Part shown: piece by piece, positions 1-8,187 of the stretch
How positions within the stretch are numbered: the stretch's first letter is position 1
Layout of the letters: every line of letters starts with the position of its first letter
Assembly (NCBI GenBank): GCA_043821645.1
Contig: JBDRCO010000131.1
Coordinates: forward strand, 1 to 11,650
Direction: 5' to 3'
Source: Pseudomonadota bacterium
GTDB lineage: Bacteria > Myxococcota > JACRCW01 > JAFGSX01
DNA: 11,650 bases
Program-made: the position numbers and the translations under genes
The notes under the pieces: model-generated
What the model was told of the DNA's origin: nothing
Seen by the model: only the letters and a program-made list of their open reading frames with translations
Database searches by the model: none

Positions 1-881
1 CCGCAGGACGAGGTCATCTTCCCGGCGCCTTACTGGGTCAGCTATCCCGAGATGGTCAAGATGTGCGGCGGCATCCCGGTGCCGGCGAAGCCGGAGGACG
101 GCGGCTACGTGCCGCGGATCCAGGACATCACGCAGCGGCTGTCCTCGAATACCAGGTGCATCATGATCAACAGCCCGAACAACCCGTCGGGCGCGATCTA
201 CCCCGAGTCGTTCATCAAGGACGTGGTGGAGCTCTGCCAGGAGCGGGGGATCTGCCTGATCATGGACGACATCTACAACCGGCTCGTCTTCTCCGGCAAT
301 CGCACGCCCAATCCGCTCGCCTTCGCGACGGACTTCGGCAGCGCCGGCAGCAAGGTCATCGTCATCAACGGGGTCTCCAAGGTCTACGCGATGACCGGGT
401 TCCGCATCGGCTGGGCGGTGGCGAGTCCAAAGCTCATCGAAACCATGTCGATCATCCAGTCGCACCAGACCAGCGGCCCGTCGTCGCTGCTGCAGAAGGC
501 GGCGGTGGCGGCGATCAACGGCGCCCAGAGCAGCGTCGACAACCTGGTGCTGACCCTCGAGAACAACGCCAAGGTCATGGTCGATCGCCTGCGTGCCTTC
601 ACCGGCATCCGGGTCAGCCCGCCCGACGGCACCTTCTACTGCTTCGCCGACTTCTCGGCCTACGAGAAGGACAGCACGAAGCTGGCGGAATTCCTGCTCG
701 ACAAGGTGATGGTTTGCACGGTGCCGGGCATCGAGTTCGGCATGGAGGGGCACCTGCGTTTGAGCACCTGCGGCACCACCAAGGAGATCACGCAGGGCAT
801 CGAGCGCATCAAGTGGGCGCTCGACCTCAACTCGCCCAACGAGCTTTACATCGGTGGCCGCAAACTCGTGAGGGACTGGAC

Positions 882-885
<4 letters not shown>
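1..885 (+). CDS. aspC: Class I/II PLP-dependent aminotransferase, aspartate aminotransferase-like (5'-truncated by the window edge)
   Basis: Frame 1 is open from base 1: PQDEVIFPAPYWVSYPEM continues into the 52..885 ORF. Fold-type I motifs are present: NSPNNPSGAIY, DDIY, NGVSKVYAMTGFRIGW (PLP Lys codon 379-381), GTFYCF and VPGIEFGMEGHLRLS. Substrate assignment is by similarity only. Confidence 0.92.
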
Positions 886-2531
<1,646 letters not shown>

Positions 2532-2645
2532 CACCGACCATCGCGTCCAGGCGCGGTCGCGCGCGCGTCCCGCAGTGAATTCTCACCCATGCGAGGACCC
2601 AGGCCGTCGAGCACGGTCACCGTGACGTGAAGGGGATCGTCCTGA

Positions 2646-4964
2646 TCAGGCCGAGCGCGAACGATAGGCTTCGGCCGCGCGACGGCCCTTGTCGAACAGG
2701 GCCAGCAGGGCGGGCAGCAGCACCAGCACGCCGACGAGGGCACCCAGCACACACACCGCCGACAGCAGCCCGGTGCGCCGCGTGGGCAAGAAGTTCGACG
2801 TCATCAGCACCAGAAAGCCCAGCAGCAGCAGCACCGCGGCCAGGATCACCGCGCGCCCGCTGCCGCGGTAGGCCCGCACCACCGCCGCCTTGCAACCCGA
2901 GCCCAGCTGTCGCTCCTCGCGATAACGCGCCAGGATGTGGATGGCGTGATCCACGGCCAGGCCCAGCGCCATGGCGAACACCACGATGGAGGTGACATCG
3001 AGGTGAATGCCCGCCACCGACATCATGGCCAGGGTGGCGAGCAGGGGGGTGGCCGAGGGCAGGATGGACAGAAAGCCGATCTTGGCCGAGCGGAACAAGA
3101 AGCCGATGGTGGCAAAGATGATGAGGCCGGCGGTGAACACGCTGGCCGCGAGGTCGTTGACGAAGCGATCGATGGACGCCGAGCCCACCACGCCGTCGCC
3201 GGTGAGGCGGATCTCCAGGTCGTCGCGGCCGTAGAAGATCTTGTCGATCTCGGCCTGCAGGCGCGCGGTCATGGCGTTGATGTTGCGCGCACCCAGGTCG
3301 GAGACGCGGCTGATCAGGCGGATGCGGCGGCCGTCCTGGGCCACGAAGCGCGCGAACTGGTCGCTGACCTCGTCGCCAGAGAGCTCGGCCACCAGCAGTA
3401 GCTGGGCCACGGTCTCGTCGGACAGGGGCACCGCGCGCGGGTTGTCGCGGTCCAGTTTCTCGACCGCCACGGCGCGATAGATGGCGGCCAGCAGGTCCAC
3501 CAGAGACAGGGTGCGGCCAACCCCGGGCTGGTCCTCGACGTAGCGCTGCAACTCGCTCAGGCGACGCAGCAGGTCCGCATCGCGGCGCAGGTCCTGGTCC
3601 TCGCGCGAGCTGAACACGATGTCCATGGGGATGACGCCGCCAAAGCTCTTCTCGACCAGGACATTGGTCTGGGCGTTGGGGTGATCCTCGGGGTAGACCG
3701 CCATCAGGTAGCTGTCCACCTTGAGGTCGAGCGACAGCAGGCCAAAACCCAGGGTCAGGGCCGCCGCTCCCGCGATCACGCGCCGTGGTCGGTTGACCAT
3801 GAAATTGGCCGCGGCCGCCAGGGTCTGATCGATGCGATCGCCGGCCCCAGGCTTCTTGAGCGGCACCTTGGGCGGCTTGATGAAGTACAGCACCGCCGGA
3901 ATCACGCTCATGGTGGAGACGTAGGCCAGCATCACCCCCACCCCGGCGATGATGCCGAACTCGCGCAGCACCGGGGTCTCGGATACCACCAGCGAGCCCA
4001 CCCCCACCGCCGTCGTCACGCTGGTCAGCAGACAGGCCAGCAGCAGCGAGCGGAACATGGTGGACAGCGCGTCGTGGTGGCTGCGCCCCAGGGCCAGCTC
4101 CTCGCGATAGCGCGACAGCAGATGGATGGAGTCCGAGATGCCGATGACGAAGAGCAGCGTCGGCAGGATGTTGTTGATGATGTTGATGGGGTGACCCAGG
4201 ACCACGATCATCGCCATGGACCACAGGATGCTGACACCCACCGCGGCCAGCGGCAGCACCACGCCCCACACCCAGCGAAACATGAAGGCCAGCAGGATCA
4301 GGTAGACCAGGGCGGTCAGGGGCAAGAAGCGCAGCTGGTCGCCGATGAGGTCGCGCACCGCGTCGACGCGGATGAAGGGGATGCCGGTGATGTGAGCGCG
4401 GGCACCGGCGGGCGCGGCCAGGGCCGCAATGCGCTGCTCGATGCCATCGATGACAGGCTCCAGCTCCTTGAGGTCGTACAGGCGGGTATCGAGCACCGCG
4501 AACAGCACCGAGATGCTCAGATCGGACGCCACCACCACGCCACCGAGCAGGGGATCCCGCGCGGCCTGGCGCACGCGTTCGCGCGCGCTGTCGTCGATGG
4601 GACCGGGCGGCAGCACCTGCACCGCAGCCAGGGCGCCGTCCTGCTCGGCCAGCATGGCCGCCGTGGGCAGACCGTCGACGCGCACCACACCCGGGACCTG
4701 GCCCAGGGCCGCAGCGGCCTGGCGCAGGTAGGTCAGCACCTCGGGGTCGTCCGCCGGGCGGCCGTCGACCAGCAGCACCACCACGTTGTCGTCGCGACCG
4801 AACAGCCGGTCGTGTTCCTGCATGAAGCGATAGGCGTCGCTGTCGGACTGGTAGATGAGCTGCGGATTGAAGTCGAAGGTGACCTTGCGCAGGGTCAGCG
4901 CAGCACCGGCGCTGAGTACGGCCAGGACGACCAGGACCAGGACGCGCAGGTTCCGGGGGGACAT
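2646..4964 (-). CDS. MMPL/RND-family membrane transporter (~772 aa), putative lipid or hydrophobic-compound exporter
   Basis: Two-fold internal repeat of 1 TM + extracytoplasmic loop + 5 TM. Signature segments GISDSIHLLSRYREE and GLAVDHAIHILARYREE, plus TSVTTAVGVGSL and LREFGIIAGVGV. ATG 4964 (MSPRNLRVLVL) lies 11 nt downstream of the upstream gene's stop and is preferred over GTG 5003. Confidence 0.9.
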   Translation of the reverse strand: MSPRNLRVLVLVVLAVLSAGAALTLRKVTFDFNPQLIYQSDSDAYRFMQEHDRLFGRDDNVVVLLVDGRPADDPEVLTYLRQAAAALGQVPGVVRVDGLPTAAMLAEQDGALAAVQVLPPGPIDDSARERVRQAARDPLLGGVVVASDLSISVLFAVLDTRLYDLKELEPVIDGIEQRIAALAAPAGARAHITGIPFIRVDAVRDLIGDQLRFLPLTALVYLILLAFMFRWVWGVVLPLAAVGVSILWSMAMIVVLGHPINIINNILPTLLFVIGISDSIHLLSRYREELALGRSHHDALSTMFRSLLLACLLTSVTTAVGVGSLVVSETPVLREFGIIAGVGVMLAYVSTMSVIPAVLYFIKPPKVPLKKPGAGDRIDQTLAAAANFMVNRPRRVIAGAAALTLGFGLLSLDLKVDSYLMAVYPEDHPNAQTNVLVEKSFGGVIPMDIVFSSREDQDLRRDADLLRRLSELQRYVEDQPGVGRTLSLVDLLAAIYRAVAVEKLDRDNPRAVPLSDETVAQLLLVAELSGDEVSDQFARFVAQDGRRIRLISRVSDLGARNINAMTARLQAEIDKIFYGRDDLEIRLTGDGVVGSASIDRFVNDLAASVFTAGLIIFATIGFLFRSAKIGFLSILPSATPLLATLAMMSVAGIHLDVTSIVVFAMALGLAVDHAIHILARYREERQLGSGCKAAVVRAYRGSGRAVILAAVLLLLGFLVLMTSNFLPTRRTGLLSAVCVLGALVGVLVLLPALLALFDKGRRAAEAYRSRSA

Positions 4965-4975
4965 GGGGGTGCGGA

Positions 4976-5587
4976 TCAGCGCTTGTCCCGCTTGAGCCCC
5001 CACTCACCCAGCTTGCGCCGGATGGTGTGCTCACTCAGGCCGATGCGGCGGGCCAGTTCGCGGTTGGACAGGGTCTTGTAGTTGGAGCGGATGAAGGTGT
5101 TGATGTCGCCCACGTCGGCGGTCTTGGCCGGGGCGGCCTTGGCAGGCGGTGCCGCGGCGGCCGGCTTGGCCTTGGACCTGGAGGCCTTCTTGGAGCCCTT
5201 GGCCGGGCTGACCAGGGCCACGTTGGCGTCGCCGAGTAGCGTCACGTCACCGTAGCTGCGCTCACCGCCAGACACGAAGCGCACTACCAGCATACCGGCC
5301 TGGGACACCCGGACCCGCCCGAACTTGCCGTCGGCGGGGTCAAACAGCAGGGTGCCAGGCTCGTAGACCTTGCTCGGATCGAGGGTACGCACCCTCGCCT
5401 GCTTGACCCGGGTCGACGCCTCCTCGAGCAATTGCCGTCGCCATTCGAGGCCCGGCTCACTCGAGTTGTCGTCGTCGTAGGTCGGCGTCTCCTCGAAGCT
5501 GGAGGCGCCGCTCTGCAGTTCCTCGAGCTCTTCGAGGTGGCGGGTGAAGATGCTCGAAGTGAAATTGGTTCCCGTTCCGTCGGCCAT
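4976..5587 (-). CDS. Hypothetical DNA-binding protein (203 aa): acidic N-terminus, small beta-barrel (Tudor/SH3-like) domain, Ala/Lys/Pro linker, C-terminal helix-turn-helix
   Basis: RBS GAGGA (5596-5592) before ATG 5587, with high GC3 codon usage. C-terminus FIRSNYKTLSNRELARRIGLSEHTIRRKLGEWGL matches an HTH pattern. Central YEPGTLLFDPADGKFGRVRV...LVVRFVSGGERSY looks like a beta-barrel. Confidence 0.8.
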   Translation of the reverse strand: MADGTGTNFTSSIFTRHLEELEELQSGASSFEETPTYDDDNSSEPGLEWRRQLLEEASTRVKQARVRTLDPSKVYEPGTLLFDPADGKFGRVRVSQAGMLVVRFVSGGERSYGDVTLLGDANVALVSPAKGSKKASRSKAKPAAAAPPAKAAPAKTADVGDINTFIRSNYKTLSNRELARRIGLSEHTIRRKLGEWGLKRDKR

Positions 5588-5650
5588 GAATTCCTCACCT
5601 TGCAGCGGCCCGCCCTTGCCCTGGCGACCTGGACCCGTGCGAAGGTGTTT

Positions 5651-5679
5651 CCACTAGTGATTCGGGGCAGTCCTGTCAA
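5651..5679 (-). promoter_or_regulatory. Putative sigma70-type promoter for the HTH gene-MMPL operon
   Basis: Perfect -35 TTGACA (5679-5674), 17-nt spacer, weak -10 TAGTGG (5656-5651), about 60 nt upstream of ATG 5587. Confidence 0.5.
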
Positions 5680-5769
5680 GAGAAGGTCCGCCACGAGAAG
5701 AAACGGAGTGGGAATGCTTGGGCGAAGGCAGGAGGACAGGGCAGGCAGGAACGGAGGCTGGGGGTCGTA

Positions 5770-7098
5770 TCAGCGCTCGCCCGGGGGGAGGCAGCCGTCG
5801 GCGCCGCAATCACCCACCACCTCGCAGGTGCGGGCATCGACGCAGGCAAAGCAGCCATCGCGCACCGCCAGGGTCTCGCCCAGGCCACAGCTGGGGATGG
5901 CAAACACGTCGCACACCAGCTCGGAACCGTCATCGCAGTTCTGGAACACGCACTGGGCCTCGGGCGGGGGCGGGCAATCCAGGCCGGCGCAGGTCGCGAA
6001 CATCTCGCAGTAACCATTGGGGCAGTCGGCGTCGGCGCGGCAGCCGCTCAGGCCGCAGCACCCGGCCGGGTACACGCCGTCGTTGGGCGCGCGGCACAGG
6101 CCGTTCTGGTCAACCCAGGCGCCCCAGCAGGTACCGGCGTCGACGCAGCCGCCGAACACCGGCTCGCACATGCAGTTGGTGCCGTCAGGGGCGCAGTTCA
6201 TGGGGCACACCACGTCGAGGTAGGTCGCCTCGCAGGCGGCATCCTGCAGGCACTGCGCCTCGCTCAGGGCCGCGCAGCCCGCGGGCACGCACTGGCCACC
6301 ACCGGGCAGCATGCCGCAGTCCAGCTCTCCCTCGGCGCAGTCGTAGACCGGGAACGCGCACACGAAACCGGCGGGGCACTGGCTGTCGTCGAAGCAGTCG
6401 CTGGTCGCGGGCATGCACACACCGGCGCCGAGCATCCCGCAGTCGCGGTCACCGTCGAAGCAGTCCACCTCGGGGAAGCTGCACACGAAGCCCTGCGGGC
6501 ACTCGCTGTCGTACAGGCACCCGGTCTGGCCGCAGCACTCCTGCGGGTACACACCGTCGTCCGGGGCGCGGCACAGGCCGTTGTTGTCGAGCCAGGCGCC
6601 GAAGCAGGGGTCGATCTGGCGCTCGCTGCAGCCAGCGAAGATCATGTATTCGCAGAAGCAGTCGATGCAGTCGCAGGCCGCGTACTCGTACACCGGCTCG
6701 CAGGCCTGGTTCTCGATGCAGGCCCACTCGTCGAGGCCCTGGCAGGGCGCAGGCTGGCGCTCGACGCACTGGCCGAGCAAGGCGCCCATGCCGCAGTACT
6801 CGTCGGTCTCGCCCTCACCGCAGCGCAGGTCGCCCAGGGGCATGGGCTCGGGATAGCTGAACTCGCAGGCGAAACCCGCGGGGCAGTCGGCGTCGCTGAC
6901 ACAATCCAGGGTCTGCTGGCCCACGCACTCGCAGATCGCGCAGCCACTCTTGTCGACCTGGAAGCCATCCGGGCACTCCAGCTCCGGGCAGGCGATGTAG
7001 AGGTCCGGGCAGGGATCCGGGCTGCAGCCGCCGCGGAAGGCGGCCAGGGCCAGGGTGGTACATGCGGCGATGGTCACCATCATCATCTGCTTTTTCAT
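5770..7098 (-). CDS. Secreted or lipoprotein-like cysteine-rich repeat protein (442 aa, 64 Cys) with an N-terminal antistasin-like domain
   Basis: RBS AGGAG upstream of ATG 7098. Signal peptide MKKQMMMVTIAACTTLALAAFRGG-C25. CPELECPDGFQVDKSGCAICEC matches the antistasin pattern. Repeated CxxDxxCPxGxxC modules and a duplicated CxGAWxDxNGLCRAPxDGVYPxxCC. Confidence 0.85.
   Translation of the reverse strand: MKKQMMMVTIAACTTLALAAFRGGCSPDPCPDLYIACPELECPDGFQVDKSGCAICECVGQQTLDCVSDADCPAGFACEFSYPEPMPLGDLRCGEGETDEYCGMGALLGQCVERQPAPCQGLDEWACIENQACEPVYEYAACDCIDCFCEYMIFAGCSERQIDPCFGAWLDNNGLCRAPDDGVYPQECCGQTGCLYDSECPQGFVCSFPEVDCFDGDRDCGMLGAGVCMPATSDCFDDSQCPAGFVCAFPVYDCAEGELDCGMLPGGGQCVPAGCAALSEAQCLQDAACEATYLDVVCPMNCAPDGTNCMCEPVFGGCVDAGTCWGAWVDQNGLCRAPNDGVYPAGCCGLSGCRADADCPNGYCEMFATCAGLDCPPPPEAQCVFQNCDDGSELVCDVFAIPSCGLGETLAVRDGCFACVDARTCEVVGDCGADGCLPPGER
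6055..6606 (-). repeat. Intragenic direct repeat: two 75-nt copies (6055-6129 and 6532-6606) encoding CxGAWxDxNGLCRAPxDGVYPxxCC
   Basis: Manual alignment gives 61/75 nt and 19/25 aa identical, offset 477 nt. Flanking modules are also duplicated but more diverged. Confidence 0.9.
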
Positions 7099-7157
7099 GG
7101 CGCTGTCTCCTGTGTCGCGGCGCTGAGCCGTTGTGAACCGTGTTGAAGCGGTGCTAG

Positions 7158-7173
7158 AGCAGGAGCTGTGCCA
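7158..7173 (-). promoter_or_regulatory. sigma54 (RpoN) -24/-12 promoter for the Cys-rich protein gene
   Basis: Minus strand reads TGGCAC-AGCTC-CTGCT: GG-N10-GC with exact spacing and one mismatch to TGGCAC-N5-TTGCW. It sits about 60 nt upstream of ATG 7098, with an AT-rich IHF-like tract immediately upstream. Confidence 0.8.
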
Positions 7174-7189
7174 GCCCACTCAAATCTCC

Positions 7190-7224
7190 TATCAATTTGT
7201 TTTAATTGATGTTTATGAAATCAA
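7190..7224. promoter_or_regulatory. AT-rich IHF-like site / palindromic operator upstream of the sigma54 promoter
   Basis: TATCAATTTGTTT (7190-7202) is one mismatch from the IHF consensus WATCAANNNNTTR. Perfect inverted repeat ATCAATT-N6-AATTGAT at 7191-7210. Confidence 0.5.
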
Positions 7225-7352
7225 GCCGCGCTCAAGCGAGGCCGGTCTCAAAAAATCCACGGCCCTGACCTGCGACCTGGCGCATCACCCGTCAGAAAAA
7301 AAAGTGGTCCAGAGCACAGGAAAAACGGCAGGGGCCGCGGGGACCGCGCAGG

Positions 7353-8003
7353 CTATTTGCGAGGAAAGAAGGCCTTGAGGTCCTCGGGCACCTTTCCCCC
7401 GGGCAGCATCTTGGCGAACTGCGCCTCCTCGAGCGGGAACACCGTGATCTCGCCCTCGGCGCCCACATCGTGGCGCTCGTTGAGCAGCACGCCCTTGACC
7501 GTGATCAGGGTCGGCTTCTCCTCGGCGATCTCGCCCTCGAGCAGGATGCGCTCGCCCACGTACAGCGGACGGCGGTAGTGCACGCGCAGGTCACGCGTCA
7601 CCCCGATGCGCCGGCACAGCCCGGCGGCGGTCCAGGCCCCCAGCTCGTCGAGCAGGATGGCCAGCAGGCCGCCATGCACCATGCCGAACCAGCCCTGGTG
7701 CTGGGGTGGCGGCAGGTACTCGGACACCACGCGACGCCCGCTGCGCTCGAACTTGAGCCGCAGGCCCTGGGGGTTGGCAGGGGAGCAGCCAAAGCACTTG
7801 AAGTCGGGCAGGTCCAGGGGGATGAGGCCGGGCTGACCGCGCGCTGGTCTGTCGTCCCGCTGCAGCGGCGTGGCAACGACAGGCGAACCCACTGCGGGGG
7901 TTCCCACCCGCGGCATGACAGGGCGCGAGGCGGATGCACGCGGGCTGGCCACACCGAGCGGCGGGGTGCGATCGCTGGCGGGGGGGGGGCGGCGCGTTGC
8001 CAA
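7353..8003 (-). CDS. PaaI-family (hotdog-fold) thioesterase with a Pro/Arg-rich N-terminal extension (~216 aa)
   Basis: CFGCSPANPQGLRLKF, HQGWFGMVHGGLLAILLDELGAW (HGG...DE catalytic motif) and TRDLRVHYRRP. Start is placed at in-frame TTG 8003, which has AGGAGG (8014-8009) 5 nt upstream. Alternative start is ATG 7916. Confidence 0.85.
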   Translation of the reverse strand: MATRRPPPASDRTPPLGVASPRASASRPVMPRVGTPAVGSPVVATPLQRDDRPARGQPGLIPLDLPDFKCFGCSPANPQGLRLKFERSGRRVVSEYLPPPQHQGWFGMVHGGLLAILLDELGAWTAAGLCRRIGVTRDLRVHYRRPLYVGERILLEGEIAEEKPTLITVKGVLLNERHDVGAEGEITVFPLEEAQFAKMLPGGKVPEDLKAFFPRK

Positions 8004-8032
8004 GGGGGCCTCCTGGGCTTCAAAGTCGACGA

Positions 8033-8041
8033 AGCATAACA
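8033..8041 (-). promoter_or_regulatory. Putative extended -10 promoter for the thioesterase gene
   Basis: Minus strand TG-t-TATGCT (8041-8033), about 30 nt upstream of TTG 8003. No convincing -35. Confidence 0.4.
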
Positions 8042-8187
8042 CGCCCCTCGTCACGGCGGCGAATTCGCGGCCCGGCGAGGCTGCCCGAGACCCGTCCGGG
8101 CAAGCGGCCTGTGGTCTGCGAGCTGCGGTGCACGGCCTCGCGATTGAGGGTGTGCACCCATGAAAAAGCATGCGATAAGCCCGCCTC

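Noticed and set aside
63..881. Apparent 273-aa N-terminal extension of pckA (822-aa ORF) suggesting a fusion or overlapping gene
   Set aside because: It is the off-frame shadow of the aminotransferase (Arg/His/Gly-rich, stop-poor because of high GC). PEPCK similarity begins at ATG 882.
2617..5081. Long alternative ORFs (2617..5034 -, 3681..5081 +) and similar ones elsewhere (5718..6860 +, 8221..9903 -, 10308..11255 -)
   Set aside because: Frame-shifted or antisense shadows of well-supported genes, typical of high-GC DNA, with no recognisable motifs.
5950..6903. Repeats as a possible CRISPR array, or the Cys-rich protein as a multiheme cytochrome or ferredoxin
   Set aside because: The repeats are in-frame, degenerate protein modules with no repeat-spacer periodicity. 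The protein has no CxxCH (no His in the mature chain) and no CxxCxxCxxxC ferredoxin motif.
7099..7179. Upstream start at 7179 for the Cys-rich ORF
   Set aside because: It overlaps the sigma54 promoter. ATG 7098 has an AGGAG RBS and begins a signal peptide.
7206..7224. TTGAT...ATCAA as an FNR/CRP-family box
   Set aside because: The spacer is 9 nt, not the required 4.
7321..7350. Intrinsic terminator after the thioesterase
   Set aside because: Only a 5-bp stem, separated from the T5 tract by about 10 nt, so not convincing.
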